A stretch of DNA of 555 nucleotides from a phage. Position 1 is the stretch's first letter. Each line of letters begins with the position of its first letter. The position numbers were made by a program, and so were the translations under genes. The DNA is taken from the sequence record EF517106.1; one strand, written 5' to 3'. Under the pieces are notes generated by a model, which was not told the DNA's origin, did no database searches, and saw only the letters and a program-made list of their open reading frames with translations. Below are positions 1 through 555 of the stretch, piece by piece.

Positions 1-111
1 TAGAGTGCATAAAGTATGCATAATGGTGTACCTAGAGTGACCTCTAAGAATGGTGATTATATTGTATTAGTATCACCTTAACTTAAGGACCAACATAAAG
101 GGAGGAGACTC
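1..111 (+). other. Non-coding leader/intergenic region upstream of gene 19.5; in T7 it lies just downstream of the phiOR promoter, whose consensus (TAATACGACTCACTATAGGGAGA) is not in this window
   Basis: Seen: every ATG-initiated ORF here is 21 codons or shorter and lacks a Shine-Dalgarno site. Recognition: the sequence matches my memory of the T7 region between phiOR and gene 19.5. No T7 promoter consensus is present in the window on either strand. Confidence 0.5.
98..107 (+). promoter_or_regulatory. Shine-Dalgarno ribosome-binding site for gene 19.5
   Basis: Seen: AAGGGAGGAG at 98-107, with the GGAGG core at 101-105 placed 6 nt upstream of the ATG at 112-114. This is strong complementarity to the 16S rRNA 3' end at canonical spacing. 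Confidence 0.8.
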
Positions 112-261
112 ATGTTTCGCTTATTGTTGAACCTACTGCGGCATAGAGTCACCTACCGATTTCTTGTGGTACTTTGTGTTGCCCTTGGGTACGCATCTCT
201 TACTGGAGACCTCAGTTCACTGGAGTCTGTCGTTTGCTCTATACTCACTTGTAGCGATTAG
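112..261 (+). CDS. 19.5: Small hydrophobic protein of 49 aa, T7 gene 19.5 homolog; function not established to my knowledge
   Basis: Seen: ATG 112-114 to TAG 259-261 translates to MFRLLLNLLRHRVTYRFLVVLCAALGYASLTGDLSSLESVVCSILTCSD. It has a strong RBS, a basic N-terminus (R3, R10, H11, R12, R16) and a hydrophobic core (FLVVLCAALGYASL). Recognition: the length and its position 240 bp before the terminal repeat match T7 gene 19.5 as I remember it (about 39389-39538). Confidence 0.9.
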   Translation: MFRLLLNLLRHRVTYRFLVVLCVALGYASLTGDLSSLESVVCSILTCSD

Positions 262-500
262 GGTCTTCCTGACCGACTGATGGCTCACCGAGGGATTCAG
301 CGGTATGATTGTATCACACCACTTCATCCCTATAGAGTCAAGTCCTAAGGTATATCCATAAAGAGCCTCTAATGGTCTATTCTAAGGTCTATACCTAAAG
401 ATAGGCCATCCTATCAGTGTCACCTAAAGAGGGTCTTAGAGAGGGCCTATGGAGTTCCTATAGGGTCCTTTAAAATATACCATAAAAATCTAAGTGACTA
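262..500. promoter_or_regulatory. Non-coding unique region between gene 19.5 and the terminal repeat; probable cis-acting packaging/concatemer-maturation signal region (pac-type) of a T7-like phage
   Basis: Seen: no ORF longer than 22 codons and none with an RBS; dense reiterated short motifs (CCTAAGG/CCTAAAG/CATAAAG, GGTCTAT, AGGGTCTT) and the palindrome CCTATAGG. Established knowledge, recalled not verified: in T7/T3 the sequences just left of the right terminal repeat are needed in cis for concatemer processing and packaging. The exact pac boundaries are not something I can place from sequence. Confidence 0.45.
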
Positions 501-555
501 TCTCACAGTGTACGGACCTAAAGTTCCCCCATAGGGGGTACCTAAAGCCCAGCCA
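501..555. repeat. First 55 bp of the T7-type direct terminal repeat (continues past the window end)
   Basis: Recognition: TCTCACAGTGTACGGACCTAAAGTTCCCCCATAGGGGGTACCTAAAGCCCAGCCA matches the start of the T7 genome / terminal repeat as I recall it. The 240 bp distance from the gene 19.5 stop agrees with T7 coordinates (TR-R start about 39778). The second copy is not in the window, so the repeat itself cannot be demonstrated here. Confidence 0.8.
526..538. repeat. GC inverted repeat CCCCC-ATA-GGGGG inside the terminal repeat (potential 5-bp stem, 3-nt loop hairpin)
   Basis: Seen directly: CCCCC at 526-530 and GGGGG at 534-538 are perfectly complementary around the ATA loop at 531-533. It is flanked on both sides by CCTAAAG heptamers (517-523 and 541-547). 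Any function is inferred. Confidence 0.6.

Noticed and set aside
16-81. Plus-strand ORF ATG(16) to TAA(79-81), 21 codons (MHNGVPRVTSKNGDYIVLVSP)
   Set aside because: Very short, no Shine-Dalgarno site upstream, and it lies in a known untranslated leader; most likely a chance ORF.
262-300. Possible intrinsic terminator immediately after the gene 19.5 stop codon
   Set aside because: No GC-rich stem-loop followed by a T-tract in this stretch.
320-345. Minus-strand sequence GACTC-TATAGGGA resembling a T7 promoter core (GACTCACTATAGGGAGA) with a 2-nt deletion
   Set aside because: The missing AC alters the -6/-5 region and the upstream -17 to -12 bases do not match; T7 RNA polymerase is highly sequence-specific, so this is most likely a non-functional relic or coincidence.
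280-348. Plus-strand ORF ATG(280) to TAA(346-348), 22 codons (MAHRGIQRYDCITPLHPYRVKS)
   Set aside because: No recognisable RBS (upstream is CCTGACCGACTG), and it overlaps the repeat-rich non-coding region; cannot be supported as a gene from sequence alone.
305-361. Plus-strand ORF ATG(305) to TAA(359-361), 18 codons
   Set aside because: Too short, weak or no RBS, and in a different frame overlapping the 280-348 ORF; consistent with random ORFs.
450-465. Plus-strand CCTATAGGG resembling the -4 to +3 part of a T7 promoter
   Set aside because: Mismatches at critical positions (-9, -7, -6) and no TAATACG-like upstream element; only the TATAGGG core is shared, and that core is also just the CCTATAGG palindrome.
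344-547. CRISPR array or tandem-repeat locus suggested by the recurring heptamers
   Set aside because: The repeats are only 7 bp, degenerate and irregularly spaced (13-29 bp), far from CRISPR repeat-spacer architecture; they fit known short repeats at T7 genome ends.
1-555. A novel or undescribed biological system (defence, toxin-antitoxin, mobile element) in this window
   Set aside because: The whole window is accounted for by one recognised small gene plus non-coding genome-end DNA of a T7-like phage; there is no room for an additional coding system and no integrase/transposase or terminal inverted-repeat signature.

Overview
I read this window as the right end of a bacteriophage T7-type (Teseptimavirus) genome, and I see no evidence for a novel biological system in it. 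It contains one short gene and cis-acting non-coding DNA only. The gene is a 49-codon ORF (112-261, + strand) with a strong Shine-Dalgarno site, which I recognise as T7 gene 19.5. Position 501 onward (TCTCACAGTGTACGGACCTAAAG...) matches, from memory, the first bases of the T7 direct terminal repeat, so 500|501 is the unique-sequence/terminal-repeat boundary. In T7 numbering, as I recall it, the window would be about 39278-39832, with the phiOR promoter just upstream of position 1 and not present here. The non-coding stretch 262-500 carries reiterated short motifs (CCTAAAG-like heptamers, TAGAGT[GC]A, small dyad symmetries) and is most plausibly packaging/maturation-signal DNA. All homology statements come from recognition, not from an alignment I could run. 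The window may differ from reference T7 at a few bases, which I cannot verify. The open questions are the function of gp19.5 and the role of the repeat motifs.
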